This document shows, one piece after another, positions 1 through 13,700 of a stretch of DNA of 36,769 nucleotides. The translations under genes and the position numbers were made by a program. The stretch is taken from positions 1 through 36,769 of the forward strand of contig NEEC01000410.1 of the NCBI GenBank assembly GCA_002189035.1. The letters are read 5' to 3'. This stretch comes from Utricularia gibba (lineage: Eukaryota > Plantae > Magnoliophyta). The notes beneath the pieces are model-generated. The model was not told the DNA's origin. It was given only the letters and a program-made list of their open reading frames with translations, and did no database searches. The stretch's first letter is position 1, and each line of letters starts with the position of its first letter.

Positions 1-208
1 TCACCACGGAATGCCACGTGAGACACTTTTCGTTGTGGCTTGTTTTTAATATGTCCAGTTATCGGACAAACGTAACTCCAAATTAAATACTTGGAGCTCG
101 AAAAGGGCTTCCAACAGTGTGCTATGAAGAGCAAGGATCTGCATGTTATGCAAGAGGTGCTTCGCGGACCAGGATGTGCGGTAGTCATTTCATTGCGCAT
201 CATCATTC

Positions 209-325
209 GGGGTGCATCCTAAAAATCACACGTGCACGGATTCATTAAAAATAAATATTTACGCATATCAGAGTGTATAACAGTGTTGGGATAAGTGATG
301 CCACGAAATTCATGATGTAGCATGT
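209..325 (+). pseudogene. Degenerate 5S rRNA-like segment in first monomer
   Basis: GGGGTGCATCC...TGTAGCATGT followed by GACTTTTTT, as in all copies. Confidence 0.6.
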
Positions 326-3300
326 GACTTTTTTCCAACTTGATCGCATAGTAGATGAATTCTGACACCATATGTTTTGGCTTTGATTGATGCATTTAGT
401 TGCTATGATACTTCTGATTCTTGATGCACCATTCCCGTTACCATGTCTCTAGTGGCTATTTGATTCTTTTGCCTTGTATGTTGTTCGCATCAATTTCGAG
501 AACATGAAGCACATTATTAAATGCAGTCACACGGAATGCCACGTGAGACACTTTTCGTTGTGGCTTGTTTTAATATGTCCACAGTTATCGGACAAACGTA
601 ACTCCAAATTATAATACTTGGAGCTCGAAAAGGGCTTCCCAACAGTGTGCTATGAAGAGCAAGGATCTGCATGTTATGCAAGAGGTGCTTCGCGGACCAG
701 GATGTGCGACGTAGTCATTTCATTGCGCATCATCATTCGGGTGCATCCTAAAAATCACACGTGCACGGATTCATTAAAAATAAATATTTACGCATATCCA
801 GAGTGTATAACAGTGTTGGGATAAGTGATGCACGAAATTCATGATGTAGCATGTGACTTTTTTCCAACTTGATCGCATAGTAGATGAAGTCTGACACCAT
901 ATGTTTTGGCTTTGATTGATGCATTTAGTTGCTATGATACTTCTGATTCTTGATGCACCATTCCCGTATACCATGTCTCTAGTGGCTATTTGATTCTTTT
1001 GCCTTGTATGTTGTTCGCATCAATTTCGAGAACATGAAGCACATTATTAAATGCAATCACCACGGAATGCCACGTGAGACACTTTTCGTTGTGGCTTGTT
1101 TTTAATATGTCAGTTATCGGACAAACGTAACTCCAAATTATAATACTTGGAGCTCGAAAAGGGCTTCCAACAGTGTGCTATGAGAGCAAGGATCTGCATG
1201 TTATGCAAGAGGTGCTTCGCGGAAGGATGTGCGACGTAGTCATTTCATTGCGCATCATCATTCGGGTGCATCCTAAAATCACACGTGCACCGGATTCATT
1301 AAAAATAAATATTTACGCATATCCAGAGTTATAACAGTGTTGGGATAAGTGATGCCACGAAATTCATGATGTAGCATGTGACTTTTTTCCAACTTGATCG
1401 CAGTAGATGAATTCTGACACCATATGTTTTGGCTGTTGATTGATGCATTTAGTTGCTATGATACTTCTGATTCTTGATGCACCATTCCCGTATACCATGT
1501 CTCTAGTGGCTATTTGATTCTTTTGCCTTGTATGTTGTTCGCATCAATTTCGAGAACATGAAGCACATTATTAAATGCAGTCACCACGGAATGCCACGTG
1601 AGACACTTTTCGTTGTGGCTTGTTTTTAATATGTCCACAGTTATCGGACAAACGTAACTCCAAATTATAATACTTGGAGCTCGAAAGGGCTTCCCAACAG
1701 TGTGCTATGAAGAGCAAGGATCTGCATGTTATGCAAGAGTGCTTCGGACCAGGATGTGCGACGTAGTCATTTCATTGCGCATCATCATTCGGGTGCATCC
1801 TAAAAATCACACGTGCACCGGATTCATTAAAAATAAATATTTACGCATATCCAGATTTATAACAGTGTTGGGATAAGTGATGCCACGAAATTCATGATGT
1901 AGCATGTGACTTTTTTCCAACTTGATCGCATAGTAGATGAAGTCTGACACCATATGTTTTGGCTTTGATTGATGCATTTAGTTGCTATGATACTTCTGAT
2001 TCTTGATGCACCATTCCCGTATACCATGTCTCTAGTGGCTATTTGATTCTTTTGCCTTGTATGTTGTTCGCATCAATTTCGAGAACATGAAGCACATTAT
2101 TAAATGCAGTCACCACGGAATGCCACGTGAGACACTTTTCGTTGTGGCTTGTTTTTAATATGTCCACAGTTATCGGACAAACGTAACTCCAAATTATAAT
2201 ACTTGGAGCTCGAAAAGGGCTTCCCAACAGTGTGCTATGAAGAGCAAGGATCTGCATGTTATGCAAGAGGTGCTTCGCGGACCAGGATGTGCGACGTAGT
2301 CATTTCATTGCGCATCATCATTCGGGGTGCATCCTAAAAATCACACGTGCAGGATTCATTAAAAATAAATATTTACGCATATCCAGAGTTATAACAGTGT
2401 TGGGATAAGTGATGCCACGAAATTCATGATGTAGCATGTGACTTTTTTCCAACTTGATCGCATAGTAGATGAATTCTGACACCATATGTTTTGGCTTTGA
2501 TTGATGCATTAGTTGCTATGATACTTCTGATTCTTGATGCACCATTCCCGTATACCATGTCTCTAGTGGCTATTTGATTCTTTTGCCTTGTATGTTGTTC
2601 GCATCAATTTCGAGAACATGAAGCACATTATTAAATGCAGTCACCACGGAATGCCACGTGAGACACTTTTCGTTGTGGCTTGTTTTTAATATGTCCACAG
2701 TTATCGGACAAACGTAACTCCAAATTATAATACTTGGAGCTCGAAAAGGGCTTCCCAACAGTGTGCTATGAAGAGCAAGGATCTGCATGTTATGCAAGAG
2801 TGCTTCGCGGACCAGGATGTGCGACGTAGTCATTTCATTGCGCATCATCATTCGGGGTGCATCCTAAAAATCACACGTGCACGGGATTCATTAAAAATAA
2901 ATATTTACGCATATCCAGAGTGTATAACAGTGTTGGGATAAGTGATGCCACGAAATTCATGATGTAGCATGTGACTTTTTTTCCAACTTGATCGCATAGT
3001 AGATGAAGTCTGACACCATATGTTTTGGCTTTGATTGATGCATTTAGTTGCTATGATACTTCTGATTCTTGATGCACCATTCCCGTATACCATGTCTCTA
3101 GTGGCTATTTGATTCTTTTGCCTTGTATGTTGTTCGCATCAATTTCGAGAACATGAAGCACATTATTAAATGCAGTCACCACGGAATGCCACGTGAGACA
3201 CTTTTCGTTGTGGCTTGTTTTTAATATGTCCAGTTATCGGACAAACGTAACTCCAAATTATAATACTTGGAGCTCGAAAAGGGCTTCCAACAGTGTGCTA

Positions 3301-6300
3301 TGAAGAGCAAGGATCTGCATGTTATGCAAGAGGTGCTTCGCGGACCAGGATGTGCGACGTAGTCATTTCATTGCGCATCATCATTCGGGGTGCATCCTAA
3401 AAATCACACGTGCACGGATTCATTAAAAATAAATATTTACGCATATCCAGTTATAACAGTGTTGGGATAAGTGATGCCACGAAATTCATGATGTAGCATG
3501 TGACTTTTTTCCAATGATCGCATAGATGAATTCTGACACCATATGTTTTGGCTTTGATTGATGCATTTAGTTGCTATGATACTTCTGATTCTTGATGCAC
3601 CATTCCCGTATACCATGTCTCTAGTGGCTATTTGATTCTTTTGCCTTGTATGTTGTTCGCATCAATTTCGAGAACATGAAGCACATTATTAAATGCAGTC
3701 ACCACGGAATGCCACGTGAGACACTTTCGTTGTGGCTTGTTTTTAATATGTCCACAGTTATCGGACAAACGTAACTCCAAATTATAATACTTGGAGCTCG
3801 AAAAGGGCTTCCCAACAGTGTGCTATGAAGAGCAAGGATCTGCATGTTATGCAAGAGGTGCTTCGCGGACCAGGATGTGCGACGTAGTCATTTCATTGCG
3901 CATCATCATTCGGGTGCCCTAAAAATCACACGTGCACCGGATTCATTAAAAATAAATATTTACGCATATCCAGATATAACAGTGTTGGGATAAGTGATGC
4001 CACGAAATTCATGATGTAGCATGTGACTTTTTTCCAACTTGATCGCATAGTAGATGAATTCTGACACCATATGTTTTGGCTTTGATTGATGCATTTAGTT
4101 GCTATGATACTTCTGATTCTTGATGCACCATTCCCGTATACCATGTCTCTAGTGGCTATTTGATTCTTTTGCCTTGTATTTGTTCGCATCAATTTCGAGA
4201 ACATGAAGCACATTATTAAATGCAGTCACCACGGAATGCCACGTGAGACACTTTTCGTTGTGCTTTTTTAATATGTCCACAGTTATCGGACAAACGTAAC
4301 TCCAAATTATAATACTTGGAGCTCGAAAGGGCTTCCCAACAGTGTGCTATGAAGAGCAAGGATCTGCATGTTATGCAAGAGGTGCTTCGCGGACCAGGAT
4401 GTGCGACGTAGTCATTTCATTGCGCATCATCATTCGGGGTGCATCCTAAAAATCACACGTGCACGGATTCATTAAAAATAAATATTTACGCATATCCAGA
4501 GTGTATAACAGTGTTGGGATAAGTGATGCCACGAAATTCATGATGTAGCATGTGACTTTTTTCCAACTTGATCGCATAGTAGATGAATTCTGACACCATA
4601 TGTTTTGGCTTTTGATTGATGCATTTAGTTGCTATGATACTTCTGATTCTTGATGCACCATTCCCGTATACCATGTCTCTAGTGGCTATTTGATTCTTTT
4701 GCCTTGTATGTTGTTCGCATCAATTTCGAGAACATGAAGCACATTATTAAATGCAGTCACCACGGAATGCCACGTGTTTCGTTGTGGCTTGTTTTTAATA
4801 TGTCCACAGTTATCGGACAAACGTAACTCCAAATTATAATACTTGGAGCTCGAAAAGGGCTTCCCAACAGTGTGCTATGAAGAGCAAGGATCTGCATGTT
4901 ATGCAAGAGGTGCTTCGCGGACCAGGATGTGCGACGTCATTTCATTGCGCATCATCATTCGGGGTGCATCCTAAAAATCACACGCACGGGATTCATTAAA
5001 AATATTTACGCATATCCAGAGTGTATAACAGTGTTGGGATAAGTGATGCCACGAAATTCATGATGTAGCATGTGACTTTTTTCCAACTTGATCGCATAGT
5101 AGATGTTCTGACACCATATGTTTTGGTGTTGATTGATGCATTTAGTTGCTATGATACTTCTGATTCTTGATGCACCATTCCCGTATACCATGTCTCTAGT
5201 GGCTATTTGATTCTTTTGCCTTGTATGTTGTTCGCATCAATTTCGAGAACATGAAGCACATTATTAAATGCAGTCACCACGGAATGCCACGTGAGACACT
5301 TTTCGTTGTGGCTTGTTTTTAATATGTCACAGTTATCGGACAAACGTAACTCCAAATTATAATACTTGGAGCTCGAAAAGGGCTTCCCAACAGTGTGCTA
5401 TGAAGAGCAAGGATCTGCATGTTATGCAAGAGGTGCTTCGCGGACCAGGATGTGCGACGTAGTCATTTCATTGCGCATCATCATTCGGGGTGCATCCTAA
5501 AAATCACACGTGCACGGATTCATTAAAAATAAATATTTACGCATATCCAGATTATAACAGTGTTGGGATAAGTGATGCCACGAAATTCATGATGTAGCAT
5601 GTGACTTTTTTCCAACTTGATCGCATAGTAGATGAATTCTGACACCATATGTTTTGGCTGTTGATTGATGCATTTAGTTGCTATGATACTTCTGATTCTT
5701 GATGCACCATTCCCGTACCATGTCTCTAGTGGCTATTTGATTCTTTTGCCTTGTATGTTGTTCGCATCAATTTCGAGAACATGAAGCACATTATTAAATG
5801 CAGTCACCACGGAATGCCACGTGAGACACTTTTCGTTGTGGCTTGTTTTTAATATGTCCACAGTTATCGGACAAACGTAACTCCAAATTATAATACTTGG
5901 AGCTCGAAAGGGCTTCCCAACAGTGTGCTATGAAGAGCAAGGATCTGCATGTTATGCAAGAGGTGCTTCGCGGACCAGGATGTGCGACGTAGTCATTTCA
6001 TTGCGCATCATCATTCGGGTGCATAAAAATCACACGTGCACCGGATTCATTAAAAATAAATATTTACGCATATCCAGATTATAACAGTGTTGGGATAAGT
6101 GATGCCACGAAATTCATGATGTAGCATGTGACTTTTTTCCAACTTGATCGCATAGTAGATGAATTCTGACACCATATGTTTTGGCTTTGATTGATGCATT
6201 TAGTTGCTATGATACTTCTGATTCTTGATGCACCATTCCCGTATACCATGTCTCTAGTGGCTATTTGATTCTTTTGCCTTGTATGTTTTCGCATCAATTT

Positions 6301-7401
6301 CGAGAACATGAAGCACATTATTAAATGCAGTCACCACGGAATGCCACGTGAGACACTTTTCGTTGTGGCTTGTTTTTAATATGTCCACAGTTATCGACAA
6401 ACGTAACTCCAAATTATAATACTTGGAGCTCGAAAGGGCTTCCCAACAGTGTGCTATGAAGAGCAAGGATCTGCATGTTATGCAAGAGGTGCTTCGCGGA
6501 CCAGGATGTGCGACGTAGTCATTTCATTGCGCATCATCATTCGGGGTGCATCCTAAAAATCACACGTGCCGGATTCATTAAAATAAATATTTACGCATAT
6601 CCAGATTATATAACAGTGTTGGGATAAGTGATGCCACGAAATTCATGATGTAGCATGTGACTTTTTTCCAACTTGATCGCATAGTAGATGAAGTCTGACA
6701 ATGTTTTGGCTTTTGATTGATGCATTTAGTTGCTATGATACTTCTGATTCTTGATGCACCATTCCCGTATACCATGTCTCTAGTGGCTATTTGATTCTTT
6801 TTGCCTTGTATGTTGTTCGCATCAATTTCGAGAACATGAAGCACATTATTAAATGCAGTCACCACGGAATGCCACGTGAGACACTTTTCGTTGTGGCTTT
6901 TTTAATATGTCCACAGTTATCGGACAAACGTAACTCCAAATTATAATACTTGGAGCTCGAATAGGGCTTCCCAACAGTGTGCTATGAAGAGCAAGGATCT
7001 GCATGTTATGCAAGAGGTGCTTCGCGACCAGGATGTGCGACGTAGTCATTTCATTGCGCATCATCATTCGGGGTGCATCCTAAAAATCACACGTGCACGG
7101 ATTCATTAAAAATAAATATTTACGCATATCCAGAGTATATAACAGTGTTGGGATAAGTGATGCCACGAAATTCATGATGTAGCATGTGACTTTTTTCCAA
7201 CTTGATCGCATAGTAGATGAATTCTGACACCATATGTTTTGGCTTTGATTGATGCATTTAGTTGCTATGATACTTCTGATTCTTGATGCACCATTCCCGT
7301 ATACCATGTCTCTAGTGGCTATTTGATTCTTTTGCCTTGTATGTTGTTCGCATCAATTTCGAGAACATGAAGCACATTATTAAATGCAATCACCACGGAA
7401 T

Positions 7402-7409
7402 GCCACGTG
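7402..7409. other. GCCACGTG G-box/E-box motif (one per monomer); function unsupported
   Basis: The motif is visible directly at monomer position 13-20. A second CACGTG lies at 7623-7628. Confidence 0.25.
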
Positions 7410-7602
7410 AGACACTTTTCGTTGTGGCTTGTTTTTAATATGTCCACAGTTATCGGACAAACGTAACTCCAAATTATAATACTTGGAGCTCGAAAGGGCT
7501 TCCCAACAGTGTGCTATGAAGAGCAAGGATCTGCATGTTATGCAAGAGGTGCTTCGCGGACCAGGATGTGCGACGTAGTCATTTCATTGCGCATCATCAT
7601 TC

Positions 7603-7720
7603 GGGGTGCATCCTAAAAATCACACGTGCACGGATTCATTAAAAATAAATATTTACGCATATCCAGATTATATAACAGTGTTGGGATAAGTGATGCCACG
7701 AAATTCATGATGTAGCATGT
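7603..7720 (+). pseudogene. Degenerate 5S rRNA-like segment in representative monomer (copy 15)
   Basis: Same segment, GGGGTGCATCC...GATGTAGCATGT. Carries the 2-nt-longer GATTATAT variant and CACGG instead of CACCGG. Confidence 0.65.
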
Positions 7721-10700
7721 GACTTTTTTCCAACTTGATCGCATAGTAGATGAAGTCTGACACCATATGTTTTGGCTTTGATTGATGCATTTAGTTGCTA
7801 TGATACTTCTGATTCTTGATGCACCATTCCCGTATACCATGTCTCTAGTGGCTATTTGATTCTTTTGCCTTGTATGTTGTTCGCATCAATTTCGAGAACA
7901 TGAAGCACATTATTAAATGCAGTCACACGGAATGCCACGTGAGACACTTTTCGTTGTGGCTTGTTTTTAATATGTCCACAGTTATCGGACAAACGTAACT
8001 CCAAATTATAATACTTGGAGCTCGAAAAGGGCTTCCCAACAGTGTGCTATGAAGAGCAAGGATCTGCATGTTATGCAAGAGGTGCTTCGCGGACCAGGAT
8101 GTGCGACGTAGTCATTTCATTGCGCATCATCATTCGGGGTGCATCCTAAAAATCACACGTGCACGGATTCATTAAAAATAAATATTTACGCATATCCAGA
8201 TTATATAACAGTGTTGGGATAAGTGATGCCACGAAATTCATGATGTAGCATGTGACTTTTTTCCAACTTGATCGCATAGTAGATGAAGTCTGACACCATA
8301 TGTTTTGGCTTTTGATTGATGCATTTAGTTGCTATGATACTTCTGATTCTTGATGCACCATTCCCGTATACCATGTCTCTAGGGCTATTTGATTCTTTTG
8401 CCTTGTATGTTGTTCGCATCAATTTCGAGAACATGAAGCACATTATTAAATGCAGTCACCACGGAATGCCACGTGAGACACTTTTCGTTGTGGCTTGTTT
8501 TTAATATGTCCACAGTTATCGGACAAACGTAACTCCAAATTATAATACTTGGAGCTCGAAAGGGCTTCCCAACAGTGTGCTATGAAGAGCAAGGATCTGC
8601 ATGTTATGCAAGAGGTGCTTCGCGGACCAGGATGTGCGACGTAGTCATTTCATTGCGCATCATCATTCGGGGTGCATCCTAAAAATCACACGTGCACGGA
8701 TTCATTAAAAATAAATATTTACGCATATCCAGATATAACAGTGTTGGGATAAGTGATGCCACGAAATTCATGATGTAGCATGTGACTTTTTTCCAACTTG
8801 ATCGCATAGTAGATGAATTCTGACACCATATGTTTTGGCTTTGATTGATGCATTTAGTTGCTATGATACTTCTGATTCTTGATGCACCATTCCCGTATAC
8901 CATGTCTCTAGTGGCTATTTGATTCTTTTCTTGTATGTTGTTTCATCAATTTCGAGAACATGAAGCACATTATTAAATGCAGTCACCACGGAATGCCACG
9001 TGAGACACTTTTCGTTGTGGCTTGTTTTTAATATGTCCACAGTTATCGGACAAACGTAACTCCAAATTATAATACTTGGAGCTCGAAAAGGGCTTCCCAA
9101 CAGTGTGCTATGAAGAGCAAGGATCTGCATGTTATGCAAGAGGTGCTTCGCGGACCAGGATGTGCGACGTAGTCATTTCATTGCGCATCATCATTCGGGT
9201 GCATCCTAAAAATCACACGTGCACCGGATTCATTAAAAATAAATATTTACGCATATCCAGATTATATAACAGTGTTGGGATAAGTGATGCCACGAAATTC
9301 ATGATGTAGCATGTGACTTTTTTCCAACTTGATCGCATAGTAGATGAATTCTGACACCATATGTTTTGGCTTTTGATTGATGCATTTAGTTGCTATGATA
9401 CTTCTGATTCTTGATGCACCATTCCCGTATACCATGTCTCTAGGCTATTTGATTCTTTTGCCTTGTATGTTGTTGCATCAATTTCGAGAACATGAAGCAC
9501 ATTATTAAATGCAGTCACCACGGAATGCCACGTGAGACACTTTTCGTTGTGGCTTTTTTAATATGTCCACAGTTATCGGACAAACGTAACTCCAAATTAT
9601 AATACTTGGAGCTCGAAGGGCTTCCCAACAGTGTGCTATGAAGAGCAAGGATCTGCATGTTATGCAAGAGGTGCTTCGCGGACCAGGATGTGCGACGTAG
9701 TCATTTCATTGCGCATCATCATTCGGGTGCATCCTAAAAATCACACGTGCACGGGATTCATTAAAAATAAATATTTACGCATATCCAGATTATATAACAG
9801 TGTTGGGATAAGTGATGCCACGAAATTCATGATGTAGCATGTGACTTTTTTCCAACTTGATCGCATAGTAGATGAAGTCTGACACCATATGTTTTGGTTT
9901 GATTGATGCATTTAGTTGCTATGATACTTCTGATTCTTGATGCACCATTCCCGTATACCATGTCTCTAGTGGCTATTTGATTCTTTTCCTTGTATGTTGT
10001 TCGCATCAATTTCGAGAACATGAAGCACATTATTAAATGCAGTCACCACGGAATGCCACGTGAGACACTTTTCGTTGTGGCTTGTTTTTAATATGTCCAC
10101 AGTTATCGGACAAACGTAACTAATTATAATACTTGGAGCTCGAAAGGCTTCCCAACAGTGTGCTATGAAGAGCAAGGATCTGCATGTTATGCAAGAGGTG
10201 CTTCGCGGACCAGGATGTGCGACGTAGTCATTTCATTGCGCATCATCATTCGGGGTGCATCCTAAAAATCACACGTGCACCGGATTCATTAAAATAAATA
10301 TTTACGCATATCCAGATATAACAGTGTTGGGATAAGTGATGCCACGAAATTCATGATGTAGCATGTGACTTTTTTCCAACTTGATCGCATAGTAGATGAA
10401 GTCTGACACCATATGTTTGGCTTTTGATTGATGCATTTAGTTGCTATGATACTTCTGATTCTTGATGCACCATTCCGTATACCATGTCTCTAGTGGCTAT
10501 TTGATTCTTTTGCCTTGTATGTTGTTTCGCATCAATTTCGAGAACATGAAGCACATTATTAAATGCAGTCACCACGGAATGCCACGTGAGACACTTTTCG
10601 TTGTGGCTTGTTTTTAATATGTCCACAGTTATCGGACAAACGTAACTCCAAATTATAATACTTGGAGCTCGAAAAGGCTTCCCAACAGTGTGCTATGAAG

Positions 10701-13700
10701 AGCAAGGATCTGCATGTTATGCAAGAGGTGCTTCGCGGACCAGGATGTGCGACGTAGTCATTTCATTGCGCATCATCATTCGGGTGCATCCTAAAAATCA
10801 CACGTGCACGGATTCATTAAAAATAAATATTTACGCATATCCAGATTATATAACAGTGTTGGGATAAGTGATGCCACGAAATTCATGATGTAGCATGTGA
10901 CTTTTTTCCAACTTGATCGCATAGTAGATGAAGTCTGACACCATATGTTTTGGCTTTTGATTGATGCATTTAGTTGCTATGATACTTCTGATTCTTGATG
11001 CACCATTCCCGTATACCATGTCTCTAGTGGCTATTTGATTCTTTTGCCTTGTATGTTGTTCGCATCAATTTCGAGAACATGAAGCACATTATTAAATGCA
11101 GTCACCACGGAATGCCACGTGAGACACTTTTCGTGTGGCTTGTTTTTAATATGTCCACAGTTATCGGACAAACGTAACTCCAAATTATAATACTTGGAGC
11201 TCGAAAAGGGCTTCCCAACAGTGCTATGAAGAGCAAGGATCTGCATGTTATGCAAGAGGTGCTTCGCGGACCAGGATGTGCGACGTAGTCATTTCATTGC
11301 GCATCATCATTCGGGGTGCATCCTAAAAATCACACGTGCACGGATTCATTAAAAATAAATATTTACGCATATCCAGGTATAACAGTGTTGGGATAAGTGA
11401 TGCCACGAAATTCATGATGTAGCATGTGACTTTTTTCCAACTTGATCGCATAGTAGATGAATTCTGACACCATATGTTTTGGCTTGATTGATGCATTTAG
11501 TTGCTATGATACTTCTGATTCTTGATGCACCATTCCCGTATACCATGTCTCTAGTGGCTATTTGATTCTTTTGCCTTGTATGTTTCGCATCAATTTCGAG
11601 AACATGAAGCACATTATTAAATGCAATCACCACGGAATGCCACGTGAGACACTTTTCGTTGTGGCTTGTTTTTAATATGTCCACAGTTCGGACAAACGTA
11701 ACTCCAAATTATAATACTTGGAGCTCGAAAGGGCTTCAACAGTGTGCTATGAAGAGCAAGGATCTGCATGTTATGCAAGAGGTGCTTCGCGGACCAGGAT
11801 GTGCGACGTAGTCATTTCATTGCGCATCATCATTCGGGGGTGCCTAAAAATCACACGTGCACGGATTCATTAAAAATAAATATTTACGCATATCCAGATT
11901 ATAACAGTGTTGGGATAAGTGATGCCACGAAATTCATGATGTAGCATGTGACTTTTTTCCAACTTGATCGCATAGTAGATGAAGTCTGACACCATATGTT
12001 TTGGCTTTGATTGATGCATTTAGTTGCTATGATACTTCTGATTCTTGATGCACCATTCCCGTATACCATGTCTCTAGTGGCTATTTGATTTTTGCCTTGT
12101 ATGTTGTTCGCATCAATTTCGAGAACATGAAGCACATTATTAAATGCAGTCACCACGGAATGCCACGTGAGACACTTTTCGTTGTGGCTTTTTTAATATG
12201 TCCACAGTTATCGGACAAACGTAACTCCAAATTATAATACTTGGAGCTCGAATAGGGCTTCCCAACAGTGTGCTATGAAGAGCAAGGATCTGCATGTTAT
12301 GCAAGAGGTGCTTTCGACCAGGATGTGCGACGTAGTCATTTCATTGCGCATCATCATTCGGGTGCATCCTAAAAATCACACGTGCACGGGATTCATTAAA
12401 AATAATATTTACGCATATCCAGATTATATAACAGTGTTGGGATAAGTGATGCCACGAAATTCATGATGTAGCATGTGACTTTTTTCCAACTTGATCGCAT
12501 AGTAGATGAAGTCTGACACCATATGTTTTGGCTTTTGATTGATGCATTTAGTTGCTATGATACTTCTGATTCTTGATGCACCATTCCCGTATACCATGTC
12601 TCTAGTGGCTATTTGATTCTTTTGCCTTGTATGTTGTTCGCATCAATTTCGAGAACATGAAGCACATTATTAAATGCAGTCACCACGGAATGCCACGTGA
12701 GACACTTTTCGTTGTGGCTTGTTTTTAATATGTCCACAGTTATCGGACAAACGTAACTCCAAATTATAATACTTGGAGCTCGAAAGGGCTTCCCAACAGT
12801 GTGCTATGAAGAGCAAGGATCTGCATGTTATGCAAGAGGTGCTTCGCGGGAAGGATGTGCGACGTATTTCATTGCGCATCATCATTCGGGGTGCATCCTA
12901 AAAATCACACGTGCACCGGATTCATTAAAAATAAATATTTACGCATATCCAGATTATAAACAGTGTTGGGATAAGTGATGCCACGAAATTCATGATGTAG
13001 CATGTGACTTTTTTCCAACTTGATCGCATAGTAGATGAAGTCTGACACCATATTTTGGCTGTTGATTGATGCATTTAGTTGCTATGATACTTCTGATTCT
13101 TGATGCACCATTCCCGTATACCATGTCTCTAGTGGCTATTTGATTCTTTTGCCTTGTATGTTGTTCGCATCAATTTCGAGAACATGAAGCACATTATTAA
13201 ATGCAGTCACCACGGAATGCCACGTGAGACACTTTTCGTTGTGGCTTTTTTTAATATGTCACAGTTATCGGACAAACGTAACTCCAAATTATAATACTTG
13301 GAGCTCGAAAAGGGCTTCCCAACAGTGTGCTATGAAGAGCAAGGATCTGCATGTTATGCAAGAGGTGCTTCGCGGACCAGGATGTGCGACGTAGTCATTT
13401 CATTGCGCATCATCATTCGGGGTGCATCCTAAAAATCACACGTGCACGGATTCATTAAAAATAAATATTTACGCATATCCAGATTATAACAGTGTTGGAT
13501 AAGTGATGCCACGAAATTCATGATGTAGCATGTGACTTTTTTCCAACTTGATCGCATAGTAGATGAAGTCTGACACCATATGTTTTGGCTTTTGATTGAT
13601 GCATTTAGTTGCTATGATACTTCTGATTCTTGATGCACCATTCCCGTATACCATGTCTCTAGTGGCTATTTGATTCTTTTGCCTTGTATGTTGTTCGCAT

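Larger units (their letters stand above)
7390..7922 (+). repeat. Representative near-consensus monomer (copy 15, 533 bp; consensus 534 bp)
   Basis: Matches the majority base at essentially every position and lacks only one A in CTCGAA(A)AGGG. About 40% GC by hand count, 20 CpG. Confidence 0.95.

Noticed and set aside
2039-2509. FRMHPE and FNNVLH resembling PIF/Harbinger transposase N-terminal motifs
   Set aside because: Spacing is inconsistent, the region is interrupted by stops, and there are no DDE motif or TIRs.
7716-7723. Budding-yeast point centromere (GTCACATG on the minus strand matches CDEI)
   Set aside because: Not followed by a >90% AT CDEII or a CDEIII CCG motif, and point centromeres are not tandemly arrayed.
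7823-7850. Cassandra TRIM tandem array (5S-containing LTRs), prompted by ACA-TGGTAT on the minus strand resembling an LTR end plus tRNA-Met PBS
   Set aside because: Only 6 nt of the PBS match (TGGTATACGG, not TGGTATCAGAGC), it is on the strand opposite the 5S-like segment, and no polypurine tract is evident. The full-length 5S plus T6 fits an rDNA unit better.
7840-7852. Helitron 3' end (CTAG followed by T)
   Set aside because: No GC-rich subterminal hairpin upstream of the CTAG.
7390-7922. Endless in-frame ORF across the 534-bp (178-codon) unit, as in rolling-circle neo-type genes of DRT2 systems
   Set aside because: The consensus has stops in all six frames. The most open minus-strand frame still has 6 stops, and joining the 90- and 86-codon open stretches needs one stop read-through plus two frameshifts. 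No reverse transcriptase is present, and part of the region is better explained as 5S-derived.
7390-7922. Monomer as a trimer of a 178-bp subunit
   Set aside because: Thirds of the monomer show no visible similarity to each other beyond isolated 8-mers (ATGCCACG, AACAGTGT).
8424-8471. FENMKHIIKCSHHGMP resembling the Ty3/gypsy (Athila-type) gag motif WERFKELLRKCPHHG
   Set aside because: Only a ~16-residue resemblance, and the flanks do not follow the gag pattern. A PF03732 HMM search of the six-frame consensus would be needed; without it this is likely chance.
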